DNA from: Eubacteriales bacterium | GTDB lineage: Bacteria; Bacillota; Clostridia; Oscillospirales; CAG-272 | Direction: 5' to 3' | Length of the DNA stretch: 25,237 nucleotides | Assembly (NCBI GenBank): GCA_045587605.1 | Contig: JAZNCR010000123.1 | Span: forward strand, 1-25,237 | In this document: piece after piece, positions 7,465 through 16,001 of the stretch | Layout: every line of letters begins with the position of its first letter | Numbering within the stretch: position 1 is the first letter of the stretch | Made by a program: the position numbers and the translations under genes | Notes under the pieces: generated by a model | What the model was told of the DNA's origin: nothing | The model's database searches: none | Seen by the model: only the letters and a program-made list of their open reading frames with translations

Positions 7465-8298
7465 TTATGCTCCCATCTGCGTGATCACGTCGGTCAGAAG
7501 GCCGACGAAGCGCTCACGGATCTGCGCGCCCGTCTCAAGCACCTCTTCCTCGGTAATGGCCGCCCCCGTGATGCCCGCCGCCATATTGGTAACGGCAGAA
7601 AGACAGAGCACCGAGATACCGCACTGCGCGGCGGCAATGATCTCGGGCACGGTAGACATACCGACCACGTCACCGCCGAGCAGGCGGATCATGCGAATTT
7701 CGGCCGGCGTTTCATACTGCGGGCCGCTCATGAAGGTATAGACTCCGTCGGTGAGTGAGAAGCCGCGGGCTTTAGCACAGCTGTGCGCAAGCTCGGCAAG
7801 CGAGCGGTCGTAGACGTGCTGCATATCAAAGAAGCGTTCACCCATCTCGGGCAGATTCAGTCCGCGCATCGGCGAATTTGCCGTGAGCTTGATGTGATCG
7901 CGCACGCAGACGATGTCGCCCGGGCGAAGTTTTTCGTTGACACCGCCGGCGGCGTTGGTGATGATGAGCCGCTTAACGCCGAGCAGATGCAGGGCGCCGA
8001 CGTAATAGGCGGTCTGCCACATTTCCCAGCCCTCGTAGAAATGGAAGCGGCCGTTCATGGCAAGCACCAGCTTACCGCCAAGGCGGCCGATGACCATCTC
8101 GCCCTTCTGATAGGAGACGGTGGAGATAGGAAAATGCGGGATCTCACGGTATGGGATCACGATGGGATCCTTCAGCGTATCGGCAAGTGCGCCGAGTCCC
8201 GAGCCGAGGACAACGGCAACGTCCGGCACGGCACCGATCCGTTCTCTCAACCATTCGGCACTCTCACGGTATTCGGTAATGGTAGCTTTTTCAATCAT
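7465..8298 (-). CDS. punA: Purine nucleoside phosphorylase, trimeric (family 2) type
   Basis: LGSGLG, GRFHFYEG, TNAAGG, GPQYETPAE, VGMSTVPE and VTNMAAG motifs; AAGGAG SD. Confidence 0.9.
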   Translation of the reverse strand: MIEKATITEYRESAEWLRERIGAVPDVAVVLGSGLGALADTLKDPIVIPYREIPHFPISTVSYQKGEMVIGRLGGKLVLAMNGRFHFYEGWEMWQTAYYVGALHLLGVKRLIITNAAGGVNEKLRPGDIVCVRDHIKLTANSPMRGLNLPEMGERFFDMQHVYDRSLAELAHSCAKARGFSLTDGVYTFMSGPQYETPAEIRMIRLLGGDVVGMSTVPEIIAAAQCGISVLCLSAVTNMAAGITGAAITEEEVLETGAQIRERFVGLLTDVITQMGA

Positions 8299-8353
8299 AG
8301 CGGACGCTCCTTTTCTTTTCCATTTTAATTAGATTCTTCTATCGCAAAAACGA

Positions 8354-9265
8354 TTATTTCAAAAACTCATGGTAGAGCGAATTTTCGGCCAGATAAGCAG
8401 ACGGAATCGGCACAAGCTCCGCCGCCTTGATACGCGCCATCAGCGCGCAGGCATCGGCATAATATTCGCTCTCCGGCTTGATCTCGGCAAGCAGGGGCAT
8501 CAGATAGGGGGTAATCATATTCAGCTCGTACGGCATCGTGGAATCGATGCGCACGTCCGCCGTGTCAACGTAGGGATAAATATGCGCATCCTCATTGGCA
8601 CGAACGCTCCTCCAAAGGAAATAGGTGAATTCGGGCGCGGCGGCGCGGAAATTATAGTCCCGCACCATGCGGCGCATAAACCGGATTTCCTTGGGATCAA
8701 ACACGATTCCGTTTACCTCAAGGGAGGATTCGACGCAGATATATACACTGCGGTAGCAATATTCGCGGAAGAGCGCGACGATCTCGGGATAGATCGCCTG
8801 AATTCCCTCAAAGATGAAAAGATCGTTGTCGTCAAAGGCGTATTCCACGTAGCCGGAGCGTGTTCCCGTCTTGAAATCATAACGGGGCACGACCGTATTT
8901 TCATCGGTAAAAATCTCTCGGACACATTCGCGGAGTGCCTCAAAATCGATGGTGTCAATCGAATCGTAATCAATCTCACGTCCCGCCTCTTCAGCACGGG
9001 CGGTAAGAACGGCACGGTCATAGTAGAAATCATCAATGGAGACGATGTGCACGGTTTTGCCGCGGCGCGAGAGGGTATCGATCAGCTTATTCGCCGTGGT
9101 CGTCTTTCCCGAGCACGAGGGCCCGGAGAGACCAATCAGGCGCAGGCCTTCCACCGCACAGACCGCGTCGCATGCGGCGTTCAGGCGCACCTCAAAATCG
9201 GCCTCACACCGATCAACGTAGGCACGCATCTCATGGTCGGATACAAAATGATTCTTTGCGTACAT
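8354..9265 (-). CDS. Uridine/nucleoside kinase family P-loop protein (303 aa)
   Basis: Walker A GPSCSGKTTT, SIDDFY, FEGIQA and RFMRRMVRDYNFR motifs. Start ATG 9265 with AAGGAG SD. Confidence 0.8.
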   Translation of the reverse strand: MYAKNHFVSDHEMRAYVDRCEADFEVRLNAACDAVCAVEGLRLIGLSGPSCSGKTTTANKLIDTLSRRGKTVHIVSIDDFYYDRAVLTARAEEAGREIDYDSIDTIDFEALRECVREIFTDENTVVPRYDFKTGTRSGYVEYAFDDNDLFIFEGIQAIYPEIVALFREYCYRSVYICVESSLEVNGIVFDPKEIRFMRRMVRDYNFRAAAPEFTYFLWRSVRANEDAHIYPYVDTADVRIDSTMPYELNMITPYLMPLLAEIKPESEYYADACALMARIKAAELVPIPSAYLAENSLYHEFLK

Positions 9266-9312
9266 TGCACTTCTCCTTTCCAAAGCAAAACAGGGATAAT
9301 TAAAATTAAAAG

Positions 9313-9422
9313 CGGAAACACGTATTCTCTGTATTTTTGCCGACGCAATCGCAGGAAGATACAGAAGCCGTCCCTGCGGAATCGATGCTCTTCTGAAAAT
9401 TCTATACCGAAACGTGTCTCCG
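9313..9422 (-). ncRNA. Candidate structured cis-regulatory RNA (H-type pseudoknot inside an 11-bp outer stem)
   Basis: Three helices found by eye; every non-Watson-Crick position is G-U on the minus strand and A-C on the plus strand. No match to a family I recognise. See findings. Confidence 0.35.
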
Positions 9423-9433
9423 ACAGAACCGGG

Positions 9434-10930
9434 TCAGTCGTCTAAAATCTCGCTCTCATAGAAGGCGTCGATTTTCGCTTCGTGCTCGTCGCGGAGGTCA
9501 GTGCGCAGATATTCATACGGATATTTCGGCGGAGCAAGACGGATGATTTTGGTATCCGCCGGATTTTTGGGACGGACGTGCACCAGCTTGGTCACCGCAC
9601 CCGCGCCGACCGCGAAAATGCTGTGCACCTCTTCCATCATATAGACATTATATCTGCCCTCACATCCCTCTCGGGCAAAGCCAACATTCTCAAAATTGCC
9701 GACGGTATTCTTCTGCCGATACATATAGTACGGGAAATAGCCCGCCTCTTCGGTCTTGATCTGCGAATAATCCACGCACGTTCCCGCATCTCCGCCGCGC
9801 AGTGAATACACCCCGCTTCCCTCACGCAGAATATCGGCCGCCTTCTTGATACAGAAGGTATGCACGGTAATGTTTTCGGGTGAGAGTGCAAGGACGCGGT
9901 CGAAGGTTTGGGAAAACTTCAGAAAATCGTCTCCGGGCAGACCCGCAATCAGGTCGGTGTTGATCTGCGGAATCCCCGCACGGCGGGCGGCGGCAAATGC
10001 AGAGAAAAAGGCATCCGCACTGTGTGCGCGGCCGATGCGTGCGAGCACGCTGCTATCCAGCGACTGCGGATTGACGCTGACACGGGTCACACCGTAGTCT
10101 GCGGCAATCTTCATTTTCTCCTCGGTAATGGTATCGGGGCGTCCCGATTCCAGCGTAAACTCTTCAAGCGAGGAAACATCCACACCGCGCGTGATGGCGG
10201 AGAGCAGAAGGCGAAGCTGGTCAGGATCCAGCGTCGTCGGAGTTCCGCCGCCAACATATACCGTCTTCACCCGCAGACCCAAACGGCGGATCTGCGCAAA
10301 CGTCCGGTCAATATCCGCGCAGAGGCGGATAAGATAATCGGGGATCAGCGAGAGCAGGCGCGGGGATGTATACGAAACGAAAGAGCAATATGCACATCTG
10401 GTCGGGCAGAAGGGGATGGAAACATAGACACTGCAGTCTCGCGGAGACACCTCGCCGATCAGCTTCTGTTCTCTGATCGCCACCTCAAGTGCCAGTGCGG
10501 CCTTTTTGGGGGTAAGCAGGTATTGTCTGCGAAGCGCGTCCCGCGCGCGGCCGGGCGTGAGCCCCGACACAAGCAGCTCGGTTGCCACCTTTGCCGGACG
10601 AACACCGGTCAGAATACCCCAGGACGGTCGGTAGCCGAAAAACTTCTCGCCCGCCGCCAGCATAGCCGCACCTGCCGCGATTTTCCGCACGCGCTCGGCC
10701 GTCATACCGGGGCGATAGTCGAATTTTCTCGTTGATTCGCATTGGGTGTCCCCGATGCGGATGCTTGCCGTTCCCCGTGCCGCGCCTTCTATCTCGGTGA
10801 CGCGGATGGTGACCACCGGCGTACTCGGGTCATCCGGCTCGTCTGCGCCGAATTTCGCGCCCGGGAAAAAGATCATGCACAGCGTCTGTGCATAATAAGG
10901 ATTGATGTTACCTTCGGTAATCAGCTTCAC
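9434..10930 (-). CDS. hemZ: HemZ-family radical SAM protein (coproporphyrinogen dehydrogenase-like)
   Basis: WGILTGVRPAK, YVSIPFCPTRCAYCSF (CxxxCxxC), YVGGGTPT, GRPDTIT and PYYMYRQKN motifs. GTG start. Usual position after rel-dtd. Confidence 0.88.
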   Translation of the reverse strand: MKLITEGNINPYYAQTLCMIFFPGAKFGADEPDDPSTPVVTIRVTEIEGAARGTASIRIGDTQCESTRKFDYRPGMTAERVRKIAAGAAMLAAGEKFFGYRPSWGILTGVRPAKVATELLVSGLTPGRARDALRRQYLLTPKKAALALEVAIREQKLIGEVSPRDCSVYVSIPFCPTRCAYCSFVSYTSPRLLSLIPDYLIRLCADIDRTFAQIRRLGLRVKTVYVGGGTPTTLDPDQLRLLLSAITRGVDVSSLEEFTLESGRPDTITEEKMKIAADYGVTRVSVNPQSLDSSVLARIGRAHSADAFFSAFAAARRAGIPQINTDLIAGLPGDDFLKFSQTFDRVLALSPENITVHTFCIKKAADILREGSGVYSLRGGDAGTCVDYSQIKTEEAGYFPYYMYRQKNTVGNFENVGFAREGCEGRYNVYMMEEVHSIFAVGAGAVTKLVHVRPKNPADTKIIRLAPPKYPYEYLRTDLRDEHEAKIDAFYESEILDD

Positions 10931-10939
10931 GTCGGTATC

Positions 10940-11398
10940 CTATTCCTTTTTCTTTAATCTGTTACTGTCAAGTATGATGGTTACGGGGCCGTCGTTGATG
11001 AGACTGACCTCCATATGCGCGCCGAAGCGTCCCGTTTCAACGTGCGGGAGGGTCCCGCGCAGATGGGCAACGAATGCTTCGTAAAAGCGCTCCGCCTTCT
11101 CGGGTGCGGCCGCGCCGAAATACTCGGGGCGGTTGCCGTGGCTGTAATTGGCAAGCAGGGTAAACTGCGATACCACCAGCGCCTCTCCGCCGACATCCAC
11201 GATCGAGCGGTTCATTTTGCCGTTTTCATCCGAGAAAATACGCAGCTTGAGCAGCTTATCCCCAAGACGTGCAATATCGCTTTCCTCGTCCTCGGCGGCA
11301 ACGCCAAGTAAAATGAGATAGCCGTGCCCGCAGGTACCGACCGTCTCCCCCTCAACCTCAACCCGGGCCTCTTTGACACGTTGAATCAATGCAATCAT
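10940..11398 (-). CDS. dtd: D-aminoacyl-tRNA deacylase (152 aa)
   Basis: MIALIQRV, LRIFSDENGKMN, SQFTL, GNRP and NDGPVT motifs. Start ATG 11398. Confidence 0.95.
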   Translation of the reverse strand: MIALIQRVKEARVEVEGETVGTCGHGYLILLGVAAEDEESDIARLGDKLLKLRIFSDENGKMNRSIVDVGGEALVVSQFTLLANYSHGNRPEYFGAAAPEKAERFYEAFVAHLRGTLPHVETGRFGAHMEVSLINDGPVTIILDSNRLKKKE

Positions 11399-11440
11399 AT
11401 AAAGAAATTCCTTTTTGCTGTCTTGTTTTTTCAATACCGA

Positions 11441-13666
11441 TTACGAAAAGCCGCGTACGACGTCAACGATATCGGGAATGGATTTGATGCGGGCAACAAT
11501 CGAATCGTAATGGTCGCGGTTGCGGCAGACAACGCTGATATTGAGAATAACCTTCTGTCCGCCCGCACGCTGGGTATAGATATTCAAAATATTGATCTTC
11601 ATATCGGCAAGCGCAAGCGAGACGTCAACCAGCAGATTGCTTCGGTCGTTGGCGTGAATCTGCAGATGTGCCTCGAATACGCTGTCGGCCGCACGCAGGT
11701 CAAAGCCGTCATCCCATCTTGCCTCCACCCAGCGGGCAGCGTTCTCGGGTGTCGTGATGCTGCTTCTGACGTTGGGGCAATCCTGCTTATGAATCGAGAT
11801 GCCGAATCCCTTGGTGATGAATCCGATGACCGGATCACCCGGGAGGGGATTGCAGCATTTGGCAAACTTAACCGAGCATCCGCGTTCACCGTCCACGATA
11901 ATACCGCTGTTGTTCTTGATATTCTTTGGCTTGCTCTTGACGACCGTTTCTTCCGGAGTCGGCGCAGGCTCGGTCGGAACACCGACGACGCGGTCAAACT
12001 CGTCCCGCAGCTTATTGACAAGCTTGGAGACGGCAAGTCCGCCGTAGCCGATGGTGTTGTAAAGGTCGTCTGCCTCTTGAATACCGATGCGGTGTGCGAC
12101 GTTTGTGGCAATCTCAAGCCGCTGTGCCTCGTTGGTCTGACGTCCGAAGCGCGTGATTTCACTGTCGATCATCGAGCGGCCGAGCTGAATATTATCCGCC
12201 CGCTTTTCTTTTTTGAACCACTGGCGGATCTTGGAGCGCGCTTCACTCGTCTTGACGATCTTGAGCCAGTCGCGGCTGGGTCCACGGGATGCGGAGGAGG
12301 TCAGAATTTCCACAATCTCGCCGTTCTGCGGTACGCGGTCGATCGGCACGATCATACCGTTGATCTTTGCTCCCACCATTTTGTTGCCGACCGCCGAGTG
12401 AATGGCGTAGGCGAAGTCAATTACCGTCGAGCCCTGCGGCAGGGCGATGACGTCTCCCTTCGGCGTAAAAATGAAGGTTTCGTCATGGTAAACGTCGGTC
12501 TTGATGGCCTGCATGAATTCGTCGGGATCGCGTGCGCCGTCCTCGGTTTCGATGAGTCGGGCAATCCATTCAAGCTTCTTGTCAATATCCTCCTTGCTCC
12601 GCTCGCCCGACTTATATTTCCAGTGCGCGGCAATACCGTATTCTGCAATATGATGCATCTCCCAGGTGCGGATCTGCACCTCGAGCGGAATTCCGTCACG
12701 CCCGATTACCGTCGTGTGCAATGAACGGTACATATTCGGCTTCGGGGTGGAGATATAGTCCTTGAATCGTCCCGGGATCGAGTTGAACATTTCGTGGATG
12801 ATTCCAAGGCAGGTGTAGCATTCGAGCTCGGTATCGACGATGATACGCAGGGCATAAAAATCGTAAATTTCATCGAAGGACTTATTTTGGTTATACATCT
12901 TACGGTATATACTGTATACCGATTTGATGCGCCCCTCAAGCGAAAAATGAATATTGTTCTGGCGCAGCTTGTCGTCCACCTGGGCGCGGACATTCTCGAT
13001 CAGATTCTGGTTTGCACCGTATTTTTTCTCGATGTCCTGCTTCACCTCGGCGTAGCCGATCGGGTCAAGATAGGAAAGCGAGAGATTTTCAAGCTCCTGC
13101 TTGATGCGCTGCATGCCGAGGCGATGGGCAAGCGGAGCATACACCTGCATGGTTTCGAGTGCCGTCATGCGGCGCTTGCTGTCCTTTTTTACGCCCAGCG
13201 TACGCATATTGTGCAGGCGGTCGCAGAGCTTGATGAAAATAACGCGGACATCCTTCGCCATCGCGAGCAGCATCTTGCGCAGATTCTCGATATGCGCCTC
13301 TTCCTTATCCTCAACCTGCAGCTGAACGATTTTGGTCAAACCGTCAACCAGGGCGGCGACGTCTTCTCCGAAGCGGCGGCGAAGGGTATCCAGGTCGGTT
13401 TTGTCCGCACAGTCCTCCACCGTGTCGTGCAGAAGCGCAGCACAAATCGAATCGGTATCCAGCTCAAGACCCGCGACAATTTCCGCAACGGCAATGGGAT
13501 GAGAGATATAGGCATCCCCGCTTACGCGGAACTGCCCCTCATGCATCTGCGCGGCATAGAGATACGCATCCCTGATTTTCTCCAGATTATAGTGCTTTCC
13601 CGTTGCACGGAGAATATCCAGTAAGCGTTTAATATCAGCGCTTCTTTCTTCAATTTCGGATACCAT
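11441..13666 (-). CDS. relA: Bifunctional (p)ppGpp synthetase/hydrolase Rel (741 aa)
   Basis: HD domain (ALLHDTVED), synthetase (GRIKS, RFKDY, EVQIRT), TGS (FTPKG...DFAYAIHS), CCNPLPGD and C-terminal ACT domain. Start ATG 13666 with AAAGGA SD. Confidence 0.96.
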   Translation of the reverse strand: MVSEIEERSADIKRLLDILRATGKHYNLEKIRDAYLYAAQMHEGQFRVSGDAYISHPIAVAEIVAGLELDTDSICAALLHDTVEDCADKTDLDTLRRRFGEDVAALVDGLTKIVQLQVEDKEEAHIENLRKMLLAMAKDVRVIFIKLCDRLHNMRTLGVKKDSKRRMTALETMQVYAPLAHRLGMQRIKQELENLSLSYLDPIGYAEVKQDIEKKYGANQNLIENVRAQVDDKLRQNNIHFSLEGRIKSVYSIYRKMYNQNKSFDEIYDFYALRIIVDTELECYTCLGIIHEMFNSIPGRFKDYISTPKPNMYRSLHTTVIGRDGIPLEVQIRTWEMHHIAEYGIAAHWKYKSGERSKEDIDKKLEWIARLIETEDGARDPDEFMQAIKTDVYHDETFIFTPKGDVIALPQGSTVIDFAYAIHSAVGNKMVGAKINGMIVPIDRVPQNGEIVEILTSSASRGPSRDWLKIVKTSEARSKIRQWFKKEKRADNIQLGRSMIDSEITRFGRQTNEAQRLEIATNVAHRIGIQEADDLYNTIGYGGLAVSKLVNKLRDEFDRVVGVPTEPAPTPEETVVKSKPKNIKNNSGIIVDGERGCSVKFAKCCNPLPGDPVIGFITKGFGISIHKQDCPNVRSSITTPENAARWVEARWDDGFDLRAADSVFEAHLQIHANDRSNLLVDVSLALADMKINILNIYTQRAGGQKVILNISVVCRNRDHYDSIVARIKSIPDIVDVVRGFS

Positions 13667-13706
13667 AGTGTCAGATCCTTTCTGATTGGAAATGCGGACC
13701 GCTCTC

Positions 13707-15941
13707 TCAATCTGCTCGCCTCTGCGCCTTGAGTCGGCGGAGAATTGATGACTTTTCCAGATTGATTTTGGTCGAATTAAAGGTAATGTCGAACCGATAA
13801 TGATCGGGAGATAGTTCTTCCACGTCAAGCACCTGCATCTCCTGCAGGATACGGATGATAAATTTGAGCTTGACGGTATTCACCGCGCGCTCCCCTGCCC
13901 TGTTGACAACCGTTTGGAGCGCGGGCAGAGCAAATCTGTCCCGTCCGCCCCGACATTCGCGGCGGATCACGGTGTAAACCTGTGCAAAGTCATCCCGCTC
14001 GGGATAGATATCCTCATCCGCCGTATACGCGCCGCCCGAAGATATTTCCTCGTAGCGTCGGGCAGACAGAAGAAGCTCTTCCGTCCGCGCCTCGCTCTGG
14101 CGAATATCGCGAACGATAAGCTGAACGTTTTTCACGTTTTGATATTCGTTGACGTCAAGATTGAAAAGAAGGTCTACTCTGTCCCCTTCCACAAAAGGAA
14201 AGGCATCGGTCGCCGTGCCGAAGCAAACGGCAATCAGCGTAATATCATCCTGCCGTACCGACAGTCGCGTGTGTTTTCCCCCGCCGATTGCGGTCACGCG
14301 GACAAGCTCGGCATCCCGCAGAACAAAGGCGGGAACCGGATTGGATATACCGTACGGCTCAAGCAAATACAGCTCTGCCGCCTGCTCGAGCGTCAGCTCC
14401 TCTGCACGCACCTCGCACTCGGCATCCAGCATAACCGTCATAGCGGCTTCCTCAATATGCGTGCGGGCATATGCATTGATGCGCGTCCGGAATTCATCCA
14501 GATCGCCGCGCCGTACCGTCAGGCCGGCCGCAAGCTCGTGTCCGCCAAACTTAACCAGCAGATCGTCACAGGCGGTCAGCGCCCGGACAAGGTTGAGTCC
14601 CTTCACGCTGCGTCCCGACCCTTTGCCGGGATCATCCGGGCTCTCAAAGAGTCCGCGCGTTCCGTCAAAGGAGATAAGAATGGAAGACAGCCCGTATTTC
14701 TCGGTTATACGGGAGGCAACGATGCCGATAATGCCCTGATGCCAATTATCATGCGCAAGCACGATAACCGGGTCCCGGGAAAAATCATGTTCCCGCTCGA
14801 TCATCGCATAGGCTTCCTCTGCGATTTTATTTTCTTCCAGCTGGCGCTGGCGGTTAATCTCGCAAAGCTCCTGTGCCAGTGCGCGTGCATCCGCCTCGGC
14901 CTCGGTCAAAAACAGCTCGACGGCACGGGAGGCATTCGCAATCCGTCCCGCCGCATTAATGCGGGGAGCGATTGAAAAGCCGATAAAGCCGGAGGTGATT
15001 TTCTTGCGCTTGACCGTAGGTTTCGACGTACCGGCGGGACGTGCATCGCTGTTTCCGGCAGACGCTGCGTCAATCAAGGCAGACAGTCCGACGCGATCGC
15101 CTTCCGCACAACGGCGCAGACCAAGGCTGACGATCAGACGGTTTTCATCCCGCAGCGGCATGACGTCGGCGATTGTGCCGATTGCAGTCAGATCGGCATA
15201 CGCATAGCAAATGCGGCGAACCGCATCAATATCGCTCTCTCCGTCGGCGCGGGCGCGCGACATTTCGAGCGCACAAAGCAGCTTGAACACCACACCGACA
15301 CCGGCAAGTTCGCCAAAGGGATAGGGGGAATTCGGACGTCGGGGATTGACTACCGCGGCCGCATCGGGAAGCACGTCACGACATTCATGATGGTCGGTAA
15401 TAACCGTATCAATCCCCAGGCTTCTCGCATAGAGCACTTCGTCGATCGCAGTAATTCCCGTATCAACCGTTATGATCAGATTAACCCCTTCGCCGACAAG
15501 GCGGTCGATGGCGCCGACCGAAAGACCGTATCCCTCTCCGCTGCGGCTCGGTATGTAATAGCAGACGTCAACACCCCGCTCCTTCAGGTAAAGGTAAAGG
15601 GTACTGACCGAAGTCACGCCGTCCACGTCGTAATCGCCGTAGATCACGATCCGCTCTCCCGATTCGATCGCACGCGTAATGCGGGCAACCGCAAGATCCA
15701 TATCCTGCAGAAGGAAGGGATCGTGCAGAAATGCGGTTTCGTTGCGAATAAAGACGGTAGCCGTCTCGGGTGTGGTATAGCCGCGGTTGCAGAGCAGCTT
15801 TGCCGTCAGCGGAAGGATGCCGAGTGCATCGGCAAGCGCGCTGACCGTATGCCCTTCCGTCCCCTCTGCCGGGGGATAGCGCAAATGCCAGCATTTTTGC
15901 CGCATGGCATCCGCGGCTCGTTTGTTTGGAGTTTCCATCAT
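13707..15941 (-). CDS. recJ: Single-stranded DNA exonuclease RecJ with C-terminal extension
   Basis: IYGDYDVDG, VDTG, TDHH, APRINAAGR and GGHELAAG (DHH/DHHA1) motifs. Confidence 0.95.
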   Translation of the reverse strand: MMETPNKRAADAMRQKCWHLRYPPAEGTEGHTVSALADALGILPLTAKLLCNRGYTTPETATVFIRNETAFLHDPFLLQDMDLAVARITRAIESGERIVIYGDYDVDGVTSVSTLYLYLKERGVDVCYYIPSRSGEGYGLSVGAIDRLVGEGVNLIITVDTGITAIDEVLYARSLGIDTVITDHHECRDVLPDAAAVVNPRRPNSPYPFGELAGVGVVFKLLCALEMSRARADGESDIDAVRRICYAYADLTAIGTIADVMPLRDENRLIVSLGLRRCAEGDRVGLSALIDAASAGNSDARPAGTSKPTVKRKKITSGFIGFSIAPRINAAGRIANASRAVELFLTEAEADARALAQELCEINRQRQLEENKIAEEAYAMIEREHDFSRDPVIVLAHDNWHQGIIGIVASRITEKYGLSSILISFDGTRGLFESPDDPGKGSGRSVKGLNLVRALTACDDLLVKFGGHELAAGLTVRRGDLDEFRTRINAYARTHIEEAAMTVMLDAECEVRAEELTLEQAAELYLLEPYGISNPVPAFVLRDAELVRVTAIGGGKHTRLSVRQDDITLIAVCFGTATDAFPFVEGDRVDLLFNLDVNEYQNVKNVQLIVRDIRQSEARTEELLLSARRYEEISSGGAYTADEDIYPERDDFAQVYTVIRRECRGGRDRFALPALQTVVNRAGERAVNTVKLKFIIRILQEMQVLDVEELSPDHYRFDITFNSTKINLEKSSILRRLKAQRRAD

Positions 15942-16001
15942 TTATACAGACACGCAGAGCGTGATCCTTTCTTCGTTATCTCAAGTTATCCGAACCGTCG
16001 G

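Noticed and set aside
9313-9422. Assignment of the leader RNA to a known class (purine or preQ1-I riboswitch, PyrR site, T-box, ydaO, 6S RNA, HDV-like ribozyme)
   Set aside because: None of the diagnostic sequence motifs I know is present. It is too short for 6S, and it lacks the P3/L3 element between P2 and P1 needed for an HDV fold. An Rfam search is still required.
13787-13793. Perfect Spo0A box TGTCGAA about 120 bp upstream of the rel start
   Set aside because: It is inside recJ coding sequence, several TGNCGAA matches are expected by chance in 25 kb, and no promoter was found nearby.
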